This document shows positions 24,466-37,299 of a stretch of 64,000 nt of DNA, in pieces. The notes under the pieces are model-generated. The model had not been told where the DNA came from, ran no database searches, and saw only the letters and a list, made by a program, of their open reading frames with translations. The DNA comes from Flectonema sp. DT1601 (taxonomy: Eukaryota): positions 868,001-932,000 of the forward strand of contig OZ025785.1 of assembly GCA_964019425.1 (NCBI GenBank), written 5' to 3'. Both the position numbers and the translations under genes were made by a program. Position 1 is the stretch's first letter; each line of letters opens with the position of its first letter.

Positions 24466-25450
24466 CGTGAAGAGAACTCACAGCTCTCTTGACTGAATGG
24501 AGGAAAGATGATATAATATTTATTAATACAAATCATGCTATGAAATGAAGTGACTAATTAACATCTTTTACTGCGGGGAGATAAATGAAACTATTCATTC
24601 GTTTTGTGCACATCTTCTGAAGACGGACAGCAAAGTGTCTGTGAACAACCCGAACACTAACCCGCCTGGTGAGGTGGTTATGAAGCAATCGGGTGATAAA
24701 AACAATCGAAAGAATAGTGGCGGCCTAACATAGTAAGCCGCCAGAAAAGAGAGAAAAAGATGTCCAATGACGCACACAATAGAACAAGCTAGACAGGGAA
24801 CCACCAACCGTGTTTTTCGGGTCTAAACAACGACCCGATGACGGTCTTAAAGACAATTTAGCCTTTTAGGAAGGTGACATGTTCCACGTACTTTTTTTAT
24901 ATTGAAGGAAGGCATTAATAACCAACAAAAGACAGAAGGAAAGACGTCACACCAAGCAGCCTTTTTTGGCCCTCAAACACGACGTATATTTTTCACTCAA
25001 CTCGCATGTCACGGAGGAAAACATGGGACTGGGAAGGGAGACAGCAAACACACTGGAAGCCCAAAGACCCACAGATGCCAGCATTAACTTCTGTAATAAT
25101 AATAAGAAGCACTGCATGCTTGCCAGCACCCACAGATGCCAGCAAATCGTTTTAATTTGAAAAATGAGACCCAAAACAGAGTCAGCTTAAAAATTACTTT
25201 ACGGACCTAGTACTCGTTGACATGACGTAAGGAGCTGAAAGGTTTTTACGACAAGCGCAAAGGAGCACTATTTCTGTTGTTAAAAAGCTCTATGTGCTTA
25301 GCACGGAATTGTTTATTGACTAAAGACAGATATTTGTTATTTACAATAATATTGAATTGGATTGTGGACACAATTCATTATCTCGTGCAGCTAATCAGCC
25401 GGTTGGAAAGACTTAGTAGTAGAGAGAGCGAGACGACAGGCAAATATATT

Positions 25451-26974
25451 TTAGAGTCGAGCAGTCTTTGAGACACCACGAGCCGCCTGACGGATGGCAA
25501 AGTCAGCCATCACTTCCTCAGCACCTCCGAGAATTGCGGAGAACTTCTGGTTACGAACAAAGTGTTCAACCTTTGAACCCATTCCACTCTTTGTTACAGC
25601 CCTTCCTCCAAAGATCTGAGCAGCGTTATCAGCAACCTTGTGGGAAACACGAGTAGAGTGGTATTTCAACAAGGCCATTGGACCACCGAGTTTGCGTGCC
25701 TGCTGAGAGAAGGATAAGTTCTTCATTTGGAAGGTGATAACGTCCAACCAACTCTGAAGTGCTTCAGTGCCAGCTGTCATTTCAGCGATTTTATTTCTGA
25801 TGACCGGCTGGGCGATAAGTGGCTTTCCGAATACCTTTCTCTGAGTTGCCCATTTGAAAGTTTCTTCAATTACTTCTCTGCAACGCTCAGCAACACCGAC
25901 GACCATTCCCCAACGCTCGTGGTTGAAGTTTGCCATGATGCATTTGAATCCCTTGTTTTCTTCTCCAAGTAGATTTGCAACTGGAACCTTCACATCAGTG
26001 AACATAACGTAAGCAGTTCCAGCCGATGGTGAGTAAGAAGTGCTAATCAGCTTGGTAACAACACCTTCTGTACGTGGGATCAAAAGCATCGAAATCCCTC
26101 CAATACCTGGCCCCCCAGTACGAACAGCTGTAGAGAAGTAGTCAGCGTACATCCCTCCAGTGATCCATTTCTTTTCACCGTTTACGATGTAGAACTTTCC
26201 ACATGCAGATTTGGTGGCTGTACATTTTATTTGAGCCACGTCTGAACCAACATATGGCTCAGAAATAGCTAGACAAATACGCTTGTCACCCTTAAGGACT
26301 GCTGGGATAATCTCTCTACGCATAGCGTTACTTCCAAAGTATGACACAGGAGGGAGTCCAATTCCGAGACCTCCTCCAAGACCATCAGTGAATCCTTGAG
26401 ATCCAAGTCTTGCGAATTCCTGTTGGAAAATCATCTCATGAAAGACGTCAAAGTCTTCACCTTTAATACCACAGATGGAAAGACCTTTTAACCATGGTCC
26501 TGGTCCTAGACATGATGCAAGAGTTCCTTGAGATGCGAACTTCTTGTACAGCTCTGCTGGAATAGGTTTACCAGCTGAGTCAATAGCAGCACACTCACCT
26601 AAGACAGTCTTGTTCCATGAGCGTAGCGTCTTTTGAAGCATTAAGTGACTATCACCGAAGTATGGAGATGCGAATCCCTGATTAATTCCCATCGCAGCAT
26701 AAGGTATTCCAGTAATGAGAGGAGCACTGGTATCTTTAGCTCCTTCTAACTTACCAATAACAAGTCTGTTGTATCTGACCAGAACATCAGACCTGTGAAG
26801 CTCCCAAAACTCTTCTGACGCGTCCTTTCCAGCGTAGCCAGAAAGTACTCTTTCACCTCCCGGATGCATTTTCGCAAATTTACTGATGTCATAAACGAGA
26901 CCATCGACAGCAATCCACATATCTCCAGCCTTATTGTGCTGAGACAACTCTGGTAAGGTAATTGTTTTCGACAT
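25451..26974 (-). CDS. Acyl-CoA dehydrogenase with N-terminal cytochrome b5 domain
   Basis: WIAVDGLVYDISKFAKMHPGG (cytochrome b5); CLAISEP..GSD, NGEKKWITGG, RKVFGKPL, ILGGAEEVM (ACAD). Confidence 0.93.
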   Translation of the reverse strand: MSKTITLPELSQHNKAGDMWIAVDGLVYDISKFAKMHPGGERVLSGYAGKDASEEFWELHRSDVLVRYNRLVIGKLEGAKDTSAPLITGIPYAAMGINQGFASPYFGDSHLMLQKTLRSWNKTVLGECAAIDSAGKPIPAELYKKFASQGTLASCLGPGPWLKGLSICGIKGEDFDVFHEMIFQQEFARLGSQGFTDGLGGGLGIGLPPVSYFGSNAMRREIIPAVLKGDKRICLAISEPYVGSDVAQIKCTATKSACGKFYIVNGEKKWITGGMYADYFSTAVRTGGPGIGGISMLLIPRTEGVVTKLISTSYSPSAGTAYVMFTDVKVPVANLLGEENKGFKCIMANFNHERWGMVVGVAERCREVIEETFKWATQRKVFGKPLIAQPVIRNKIAEMTAGTEALQSWLDVITFQMKNLSFSQQARKLGGPMALLKYHSTRVSHKVADNAAQIFGGRAVTKSGMGSKVEHFVRNQKFSAILGGAEEVMADFAIRQAARGVSKTARL

Positions 26975-27082
26975 TTCTTTTTTTTTTTTTTTAAAAGAGA
27001 GGCTGCTTCAATTGAACATAAAAATATAAAAAAAGAATGTATTCCACCTAAACTCAACCTACACAATCGACTTAAAATGAGC

Positions 27083-27178
27083 CAATCATTCGCTTTACCT
27101 GGCGTAACTCCTTTTAATGGTTCCAGCTATCCTGAGGGAAGCTTCGGAGTGAACCAGCAACTAGATAGATGGTTCGAT
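27083..27178 (-). pseudogene. LSU (28S-type) rRNA fragment, ~95 nt
   Basis: Minus strand reads ATCGAACCATCT(ATCT)AGTTGCTGGTTCACTCCGAAGCTTCCCTCAGGATAGCTGG...GGTAAAGCGAATGATT, matching the conserved eukaryotic LSU domain II core as I recall it. The flanks are not rRNA-like. Confidence 0.85.
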
Positions 27179-27961
27179 GATAAATGTGTTAATTATAGTG
27201 GTTGTTAGGCATCGTTAACCATTATTGATTACGTTTTTTCCATGAGTTGTCCTGTGAGGAAGTATCCATTAATAATATAGTGTTAATGAAGCATTAAACT
27301 TATTCATAGTAAACCAGTTTCTGTTTCGGACTGGCGTTAGAAATTGTAATCCGAAAAAGCCAAACACCGAAGCTCGTACTCCTCAACACAATTTTTTTTT
27401 TTTTTTTTTTTTTCGACGTCGTTTTAAAAAGAAAAAACACGTACAAAGAGGGGGTACTTTTACGCACCATAACAGCGTCGGAAAAATTATTAAAAATTCC
27501 TTTTTTTATTTTTATTTTTTGGTTTTTGGACCGGAACGCAACGTGCTTCAAGACAAGAACATAAGAATATTAGCACCCACACACAACCTAAAGACGCCAA
27601 GTAAAAAGCGTTTTCCGTACGAGAGTCATCTAATAAATATATCAGCAGTAAAGGCTAAGATTAACCTTTATTGATATATCGATTATCGTATGTTCTTTCT
27701 GAATTCTATTCATGTTTTAGAATTCATACGACATGGGTAACATGATAGGAGTCTCTTTTTTTTTTTTTTTTTTTTTGGTTCACTTTTTTCCTAAATCAAT
27801 AAAACACAATCAGCTCAAGAAAGTAAGGAATCACCTGATTGCATAAGTGAGTAGCATATAATCACAATGATCTAAGCAGGAGAAGACTCTTCTTGCTAGA
27901 ATTCTTTGTCTTGTCATAAGATGTTATAGAAACAATATAGCAAATCGTAGTTCACATTTTC

Positions 27962-29393
27962 TTAAATAAATAGTTTGTGGTATTCGATTGGTACCGTACT
28001 GTTGGTGTGTTTTATTTATTGTAATTATTAGTGGAGGAATACGATATAAAAATAATACAAACCTTTTCTTCACAGCATAGATGTCAACAGTAGTTGTCTT
28101 GCGAGTGAATGGTGTGAACTGAGCAGGTTCGATGAGGTCAGTACCTGCGTAGATTGCGTAACCGAAGTTTGTAAGGATTTCAAGAAGCTCTTGAGGGCGA
28201 TGACCAGAAGCGGTCAGGAAAGACGTGTCAAACTCAGAACGGATGACATCAACACCGAGTTCAGATAATAACTTACTACCACCAAGAAGAGCTTCTATCT
28301 CGTGACCTTGGCAATCCATTTTCATAAAGTGAACATGTTGTTTAATCTCGGTATCTAATGTTGTCACTTGAATTACGTTCTCTGACGCCCATCCTTGTCT
28401 TCTACCACCAAAAAGATCACGGACGGTACCTTCAGCTTGTGTCCTAATAACAGAGTTTCCCATGTTTCCAGACTCTGATCTAATAGTAGCGTTACCTGGT
28501 TGTTGACCAGCAGCTTTAGTAATTAAGTTGACAGGATTTCCATAATGAGGTGTGTTAAGTTCAATTGATCTCTGAAACAACCGATAATTAGCGGGAACAG
28601 GTTCGAACGCTGTGACAGTTGCTCCAGACGACGCCATTACCCAACTGCATGTTCCAATGTTACCTCCAACGTCGACAACATTCAGTTGTTTGATGTTAAA
28701 TATCATTCTTATTGATGCTAAATTATCAATAAGTGAACAACAATCACCCCACCAACCACTTCTTATAAACATACTTGAGACCATATCATTAATTCCGTGA
28801 GTACAAAGATAAAAAGGATTTACAGACTTAGAAGTATAAACACGACTGTCTTTCCCAGGACATTTCTCAGTACTATCTGGAAGTGAGATTGCTCCCGGTT
28901 GTGGTGTTGGTTTTGGTGGGATTCCAGCAGCAACTTTAATCCAAAGCTCTCCGTTTGACCATTTAATCTGTCGACCACCATCAGCTAGGTATCCAGATAA
29001 TCCCAGCATCATTATCTGTTTTGCTGTTACTGATCCTTGTGCAGGAGACCAGTGAGCGCATTGCTGCTGTGCTCTAACTACGTTGCCAGTTTGTAAAACT
29101 GATGCGTTCTGTCCAGTCTTTGCATCTTTCCAAATACCTGAAAAACTTCTGACAAATTCTGGATTTGTTGTATCGATTATTAAACCATCATTGTCAACTG
29201 ATGTTTCACGTTCAGTTGGTATTGGAGTAGGTGAGGGTGTACGTGATGATTTCTTCTGCTCTGTCAGTCTTTCAACTTCTTCCCGCACTGTCACCAAATG
29301 TTCTGATTTCCCTTCATCCTTCCTTCCGATACCTAACTGCAGAGCCAACCCTGCGAATAGAATGAAAGCGAGTAAAATGTACCTCGTCTGCAT
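27962..29393 (-). CDS. FkbM-family SAM-dependent methyltransferase, type II membrane anchored (exons 29393-28063, 27998-27962)
   Basis: N-terminal TM segment; VDVGGNIG, AFEPVPANY, MKMDCQGHE. Intron 27999-28062 (GTTTGT...CCAACAG) gives the C-terminus STVPIEYHKLFI*. Confidence 0.85.
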
Positions 29394-29555
29394 TCTTTTT
29401 ATTATAAGGTTCTGGGAAAATAAGGGAGATAAATATCACGATACTACAACAAGTCTTATTTAGAATATGGTAACCCCGACACGATGTAAACATCATTTCT
29501 ACTACGCTACGGTTGGCATCGCAATCTATATTCCCGAAACGTGTACATAACAGCC

Positions 29556-31043
29556 TCAGGTTTTATCTGCAGACTGTCGCTGTCTATCAATCATCCTCGC
29601 CTTGCTAAGGAATCCGGGAGGCCATTTCCGACTCTTATCCCCACCTCTGTTGTACGAAGCTACAACTGTACTTCGCAAGCTGTCAAAAGCTTTGAAGTCT
29701 TTTGAACGTCTGTAGACCTCAGCGAGCTCTGTGTGAAGTTGTAGTGGAGGTCGGAGACATGTTGAAAACGCCTCCTGGTACAGACTTTCCGCATGCAATG
29801 CAAAAATATCTCCCGGAAACGAAGTATATCTCGCCATACTGCGGAGGACAATTATGTAGCAAGTCTCAGAGGGAGGGTGTGGTAACAGTTTTTTCACAGC
29901 ACCAAAAACATCAATCAACTCTTCAGGTGCTTGCGTGTGTGTCCGCAAGACCTGTATCCAAAATGCTTCTGTTTTTGCCATGTCACACTTTAAAGCACAA
30001 TTCACAATTATCTTTGCACTGGCCAGTCGATTTTCCAAAGCGCAAAGCCGCAGCAATGACTTATAAAGGTCTTCTGTTGGAGTCAACTTAGTTACAAAAA
30101 CAGCTATTTTTGCCACATTTATGCCGACCTCCAAATTTCCAGCACCAGCCACTAAGGTTGAAAAAGTCTTCATATCAGGGTAAAAACCAGCTTTCCACAA
30201 AGTTATAAAAAATTTCAAGCTTTCTGAACGACTATACCCGTATAAAGGTTTAGAGAGACTGCCTTTTGGTGATTGAGTATTGAAGGCATGGAGTACGTTT
30301 GAAACGATTTCCCCATCTGGATAATAATATTTTGATACCTCTTTAAATATTGTGAGCGTCTGAGATACGTATCCTCTTCTATTATAAAACGATAACAATC
30401 GGATATAGTCCTCCCTCGGGAGTTTAATATTGGATTGTTGCATACGAGTAACCAAAGAGCTAATAGTATGATCAAGACGAAGTGAGATAGAAATATTAAT
30501 TGCTGTACTGTAGCCAATCGTGAAAGCATTATTGCTATCCTGTGAAATGTTTGATATAACTGAATGGAGCTCTGGAGTGATATCGTTATTAGGATCGGTT
30601 CTCCCATTTAGTAGGACGGTTTTAATTCTTTTTTTCATTAAGTTCAATTCATTTGGAGCTGGTTCAGTGCAAACAATTCCATCAACAAGCCTTATCAATG
30701 CGATGTTTTCCTTAGATGGGATGGTTGATTTAATTTGCTGTTCCGTGTTTTTACGAGACATTACCGCAACACACAAGGCTTCAAGTTCATCATCATTATC
30801 ATCATTTGTCTCACTTGTTTGAATCGAGTCTAAAGTCTCCAGCAAGCTACTTGATTTTGGTGGAAATACTTCAAAGTTTGGTTCTACACACGCGTCTGCT
30901 TTTCTTGATATTAGTTCAGTTTCCTGAACATTATTTTTTGGAATATGAAATGGATTAGCCAATCCTGCTACGGTCAGTTCCTGTGAAGTCGATACTTGAA
31001 TTGATTTTCTTCGTCTTATCCCACGACATTTAGAAAGCAACAT
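29556..31043 (-). CDS. Pentatricopeptide repeat (PPR)-like protein, probably mitochondrial
   Basis: Basic N-terminus; PPR-like units YIRLLSFYNRRG, GFYPDMKTFSTLVAG, PTEDLYKSLLRLCA, PSETCYIIVLRSMA. Confidence 0.7.
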   Translation of the reverse strand: MLLSKCRGIRRRKSIQVSTSQELTVAGLANPFHIPKNNVQETELISRKADACVEPNFEVFPPKSSSLLETLDSIQTSETNDDNDDELEALCVAVMSRKNTEQQIKSTIPSKENIALIRLVDGIVCTEPAPNELNLMKKRIKTVLLNGRTDPNNDITPELHSVISNISQDSNNAFTIGYSTAINISISLRLDHTISSLVTRMQQSNIKLPREDYIRLLSFYNRRGYVSQTLTIFKEVSKYYYPDGEIVSNVLHAFNTQSPKGSLSKPLYGYSRSESLKFFITLWKAGFYPDMKTFSTLVAGAGNLEVGINVAKIAVFVTKLTPTEDLYKSLLRLCALENRLASAKIIVNCALKCDMAKTEAFWIQVLRTHTQAPEELIDVFGAVKKLLPHPPSETCYIIVLRSMARYTSFPGDIFALHAESLYQEAFSTCLRPPLQLHTELAEVYRRSKDFKAFDSLRSTVVASYNRGGDKSRKWPPGFLSKARMIDRQRQSADKT

Positions 31044-31308
31044 CCACTAATCATACACAGTACATTATGATTAACTTATAGCAATGATTGTATTCTGTAA
31101 AAAAAGAGGGGAAAAAAAAGCAAAAATAAAAAGATTCCACTACACGAATCAAAAGCAGAAGACGAAAGTGTAAGTATTGAATTTTATAAGTTTATTGCTT
31201 TTTAATTCTTTCGAAAATGAAGTCTCTCCTCCTCCCAGCCAGTGCAAGGGGTAACAACAAAACCCACTTCAGTTGGCAATGCATACAGCAATAAAAACAT
31301 TAAAGCGG

Positions 31309-31651
31309 CTACAATGGGGAGTTGAGGGTGACTGACTGGTTGGGCAGTCCCATAGCGATCGAATCGTTGTTCTGTTTTTTTTTTGTTTTTTTTTTTTCCC
31401 TTGAAACAACAATAATAGAACGTGAAAACTACTCTATCGATAAGAACAAAACAAACCGGTCCAAGTCTCGGTATCCATGCTTGTGATCCTTTAACATGGT
31501 TTAAAGAATTCTTACTGAAAGTAGAGCAGCAATGTCCTTGTTTTCCTGCCTTGAACTTCACACCCTCGACACCGTAACCCTTGCCGGAGTATTCCAAGTG
31601 AGGGAGGGGACCCACGCCAGGCCCTAGCTGGCTGAGAACATCATCGAACAT
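31309..31651 (-). CDS. Small hypothetical protein (~85 aa; exons 31651-31457, 31371-31309)
   Basis: Intron 31372-31456 (GTTTGT...AAAACAG) removes the low-complexity poly-A segment of ORF 31202..31651. Confidence 0.5.
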
Positions 31652-33972
31652 TACTTCAGAATTGAATTATTATTTTTAGTGTACCAAAGTTCTGGTAGAA
31701 AAAAGTAGGAAATATTTTGATGACAACATTAGAAAGGACTACTTTACTCTCCTGTGCATATCGTTACCCTGTTTTAGATATAAAATATTAACCTATTTCT
31801 TGTAATCAATTTAAGGGGAAATAAAAAAAAGGGAAAACATGCCCCACGAGGAATAATAATAATAAAACAAAAGAAAACGGGAGGGGAGAAGTGGAAAAGA
31901 CAAAATAAAAAAAATATGGAAAATGAAGGGTTCTCTGGAAGGGGGGTGGGGCGCTACACTAATCAGCAGCATGTGAAACGCTACTGAGACCACAACTCAA
32001 AACGAACGTAAATAACGACAACTGGGAGGGGAACGGACACGAAGTGCGGTACAGCAATAAAAAAAAGCTGCCCTGGGAAAGCAATTCTTACCCTCTACAT
32101 GACATCGAAATGGAAGACAACTTGACGATGTGCCAACGACTATCTCTTGAGTGGTTAGCTTTCTATTCATTTAAGTCGTCAAGAAGTGCATAATATAATT
32201 TCCGATTTCCTTTATTCTTTTCTTCCTTCTACATTAATTACATCCCGTGAACAACTTGGCCACTTGTGTGATATTTAAATAGCCAAGAAGGACTTCACAC
32301 AAGCAATAACACGATGTAATATCGGAGGGAAAGCTGCTACGTCTTAGCCAATTGATAGTAAACCTTCGTTTGCTTTCGGATAAGGGAATCGAACTGGATA
32401 CAATTTCCCTTCTTTTCCCTTATTTGCTCTTAGGACGTGCATCGTTCTTTCAAGCAGCTGTTTGCAAACCAACTGTTTGTTCTTTCTAGTTTTGCCTGCT
32501 TTTTTTTTTCTTTTCTAATAAGTTGGAATCTTTGTTCGTTCAAAAAAAAACAGGATGAACAGTAGCTGGTTCTCCTCGAGTGTTAGGCTTATTAACAGCT
32601 GCTTGTTATCTTTTTTATTTTCTAAAAAAAAAAGGGGATCACATAAACAAACAAACATTTATGTGTGTCAGCATGTCTGATTTTTGGTTTCTATTTTTCT
32701 TTTTTTTTTTAAATTTTTTTTTTTTTCTTTTTTTCATATGCTGTGGAGAACGTCATTCAGTTTATTATTAATTTTCTTTTTTTTTTTTTGAAAAGAAAAA
32801 ACAAAGGTAAAAGACAAGGAATAGAAATGTACATAAGTGCTTCGGTATGGAACCTACGAGCTAAGCGGAACTACTAGTTTTCCTAGCTTACGATTTCTTG
32901 AAAAAAAAGGAAATTGTTTTCCGCTTTCACTCACACGTCTATCGAATGCCTTTTTTTTTCTTTTTTTTTTTTTTTTTTTTCGTACTAACTATAAGGTCTC
33001 GAGAGTAAGAGTGTCTTTTTCATTTTCTTTAAAACGATATTGAAACTTCCTTTTTTTTTTTTATTATTGCTGAAAGGGGGAATAAGTTACATAATTAATC
33101 TCGCGAAGGGTGTTTTGAATACGCAAATAGTAAATAAATAATACTAGGAAAGGAAGGCAAATATAACAAAAGGCTTGTGAAGCCTTTAATGTGTTGCATA
33201 TATTACAATTTGCGCGAGACTCCTACACGTGGATTTCTTTTTTTTTTTCTATTTGTTTCTACTTTGCACCTGCCCTTCATGGTCACGTTATTTTCTACTT
33301 TCTACGTATGGCTAAGTAAGGTTCTCACTCCGCCCAAGAAAGAGAGTTGCGATTCCACAAAGTGCAGTTTTCTTTTTTTTTTTTTTTTTTTTCTTTTGTT
33401 AAGTCATTCCTCTCGAGACAACGACTTCTTTTCAAACATAAGATACCACAAAACAGCAATAACAAGCAGCGGTTAACACCAGTAGCTAGCTATTGACAGC
33501 GACGGAGGACACAATTCGCAGCACAACATAACAAAAATAGAATTCGTAATCAGCATAATCAGCATAGGGTACAGTGCATTGGGATGCTTTGATGAGATTT
33601 AGTTGCTATAGTCTCATCTACTAATAAAGGTTTATTAGGGTTTTTTAAAGATAAATAGATTTTTTTTTATAAAATAGCAGCTTCCCCCTCATCAATAAAA
33701 AAAGGTCAACAACAACACTACCACATATGAAGTGTCAAGTGACTCTTTACATAAGTCAGCACAGTTAATTCCTTCTAACGTGTGACTACGATGTGCTTAA
33801 TTCTAGTAGGTGTTAAAATAATAATAAAGAGATAGTAAGGCGGGGGGGTACAGATGTATCCTAGACCCTTCAAAGGGATGATAACAACGTAGACCGGCAT
33901 ACTAAAGCCTAGCACGGTACAAAGGAATACCGTTATGTTTTAAGGAAGGGGGTTTGATAAGGAAAATAAACA

Positions 33973-34014
<42 letters not shown>

Positions 34015-34246
34015 GATTTGTCGGTGACCTCAAAAGCAAAAATATCAATGGAATGGAAGTTCCTTACAACTTATGAGAAGAGAAACAAACAAAACACTTT
34101 TAACTTAACCCACAGCTAGTTTACGGGGCGTTGAAAACGTGAACATCTCATCTTCTCAAGTAAGAATTTTTTCGAAGGGAGTTACCCCCCTTCGAAGCCC
34201 ACAGAAAAACATACCAACATGACGGACCACCACCACAACAACAAAC

Positions 34247-34278
<32 letters not shown>

Positions 34279-34735
34279 TCACGAGGAAATAGGAGAAGAA
34301 CTCACTTAGAGAGGGTACTAAAAAAAGAAACTAACAACAAGGAGAAAGTCGATGGAGAAATTTTAGCTAGGAAATCCAGTGAAAGGGGGTTCGAACTTTG
34401 GAACCAAAAAATTTCATTAGCAAAAAAAAACAGGTGAGGGTTAAGAACCTTGACTACTAAGCCTTTTGTCTCTGTAGCGGATGCTCAAATAAACCATAAC
34501 ATAATCCTTACAAGAACAAAGAGAGGATGTGGGAAAAAGTCTCTCGAAAAACCTCTCTAGGAAAAAAGAAAATACTGATTAGTTTTTTTTGAGAATAACT
34601 TGCTATCTAGTGGTTTAAAAAGCCTTTTTGTCTTAAATAGAAAATGGCTGTTTTATCACCACACAATAAGATTTATTTAGAGAAAGGAGATACACAGTAG
34701 GAGAAGTAGGACAACTCAGAGATAAAATAATACAA

Positions 34736-34770
<35 letters not shown>

Positions 34771-37264
34771 GACAATTGGGAGGGTATAGGGTATAGGGTT
34801 CTATTTTCTTTTCATTCTTTTTTTTTTTTTCTCTTCTTCAGTTTCTCACCGCCAGCCCTTTAAACTTTCTTTTCTTAAAAGAAGGGGGATAGGAAAAAGC
34901 AAGAGAGGGAAAAAGGGAAACGGCACACAGACTCATACAGGTTATGGAAATACTTCCCCTTTTTCTTTTTCTCTTGATGGGTGGGATGGGTTCAGCAAGC
35001 GATTCTCAGATCACTACCTCAGCTTCCCTGACTCAGATTCCTCCTTGAAAAAAGTGTTTTGACGGCGCAGTAACGACTGTTGCCAGTGACATCTTTCTTG
35101 TTAGAATTCCAGAGTACTATTAATTCAGAAGACCTACTAAATGACTGGCTGTGATCTCATGCTTAACTGTCTCGTACAGATCTTGCTGGACGCCATTTTA
35201 ACGTTAAAACAAAAATAATGAGGAAGGATGGGAAAAACAAAACGCAACAGATACTAAAAGAAATTGTGGAAGAAGGGGGGAGTTTAAAAAAAAAAGAAAA
35301 AACGATAGCTGGGGAGAAGATGTACAACAGAAAACCGAGCCTGTCAGTTAGCTGCATAGCTCTACGTAAGTCTGGCTGTCTGGACCTTATCTAACTTTAT
35401 AGTAAAGCAATACGATGTGACATACTTTACGAAAATCCACCAGCACGGTAGTAAAAAAGCCAACCACGTGAAGGGAGAAGGGAATTGTGTTGCTTTTTTT
35501 TTTTTTTTTTTTCATTCTTTCTTTGACTAAAATCGATTAATTCCGAGTTGACTCATGAGAAGCACCTTACGTAAAGTAAAAGATACATGATCTGAATATA
35601 CCCCCGTTGGGGAATTTTTTTTTTTGTTTTTTTTGTTTTTTGGTGCAACTCCTAAACGCAGAAACCTTCTCAGAAAGAGACGGGGGGTGAAAATAAAAAA
35701 AATTTAAAAAAAAAAAGAAGGAAGGGAAGGATATATCAAATTATTTTTTTTGTTTTTTTTTTTCGTTGAGATTTTTGTTGTTTCGATTATTTCCACTTCT
35801 TTCCTTCTTAAAATATAGTTCGCTCTCTCATAGAGGTGATATTGCTTAGACGGTACATAGCAACACGTGGAACCGCGAAGCCGCCAAATAGTTTCATTGT
35901 CGGGGCTGCGTGAACCAAGGGAGATGTACTGCCACAATCACAAAAAAACTCTCTGATTGGCACGAATAGGAACTCTTTATCCTCATCGTTTATTCTACAG
36001 AAAATAAAAAAAGAAATCAGGGAAGAGATACTATGTATTATGAAACAGTTGACTGCGGTGTCGCTAAGACTTTTACATTATTACTAATATCTCTAACTTA
36101 TTATCTGCGGACACGCAGTTTCAAATACAGTACCTGGTGGCTTCACCTATTAATTACCTACATTGTCAAAACATAAATAATTATTAATTTCAAAATAAAA
36201 AAAATGTTAGCTAAGAAGGGGGAGTCAAAAGAAGTAATTAGCGAATGTATGTCTGATTAGACTTTTCTTTTTTTTTTTTTTTTCCCCCCCCCCTTTTTTT
36301 AAAAAAAAATTAAAGTAGATTTACATCTTCAGAAGTACCGTAACTTTCAATACCCTGATCGATGGATAGCGAGCGAGTCTAACAGAATGCCGAGTATTAG
36401 TCAGGTAAACGAACCTGACAGCTCTTCGAGAGTCTCTAATACTGCGGTTAAAAGGTTGAACTTAATCATCATCCGGAGGATTGTTTTTATCTCTAACAAA
36501 TGGATACCTTTTCCAAAAGGAAAAAAAAAAAAAAAAAAAAAGAAATCGGAGGAAGAAGGGAAACAGAGATCAATCATTGTATACCAATAAGTTTTTATGA
36601 CCCGCTCTCCAAAAATGGATACAGGGAAAAAAAAATATTTGTCTTGTATGATTTTTCTTCAAACAAAAGAAAAAGTTCTCTGAACGTCACAAGTTCCTAT
36701 ATTATATCTCAAATCCGTTGGCGCTTTTTTTTTTTTTTTTTTTTTTTTGAAAAAAAAACACAAAAGATCCGGGCTGGCATAAAAAAAAAAAAAAAAAATG
36801 AAAATGACAAGCGAGAAGAGTTTCAAAAAAAGATGAATAAAAAAAAATTTAAAAAAAAAAAGAATAACAAATAAGTTATAATTCGTTCTTTATAAGGATG
36901 TGGTTATTTATATTATTATTTTTGGGTTTTTTTTTTTCCCTTGACAAGTTTTAAAAAAAATTACAAATCAAAAAGGAATATTTTAGTTTTTCAATAATTT
37001 TTTTATAAGTACAGAAGGCTCCGTACGGTCGAACTGATGACAAAATTGCCGCACGAACGTTTTCTTCTTCAATTTTTTTTTTTTTTTTTTTTTTTTTTAA
37101 ATATCGGAAGTTGAGCTGTGGTCAACGTACGAAGAACGTCGATGTAGAATCGAGACAAAAAAGTAAAGTACGTTAAGTATAAAGGAATTGACATCACAAG
37201 TTCTGTGCATATCTCAGTTTGCAATAGCTCTTTGAGAATTTTGTCAAGCTAAATTCAACATTTA

Positions 37265-37299
<35 letters not shown>

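Noticed and set aside
25067..25144. 17-nt direct repeat ACCCACAGATGCCAGCA occurring twice
   Set aside because: Only two units and no cas genes; a local duplication, not a CRISPR array.
37007..37016. 10-nt match (TTCTGTACTT, minus strand) to the 3' part of a euglenozoan spliced leader
   Set aside because: Too short, and the flanks do not match an SL exon.
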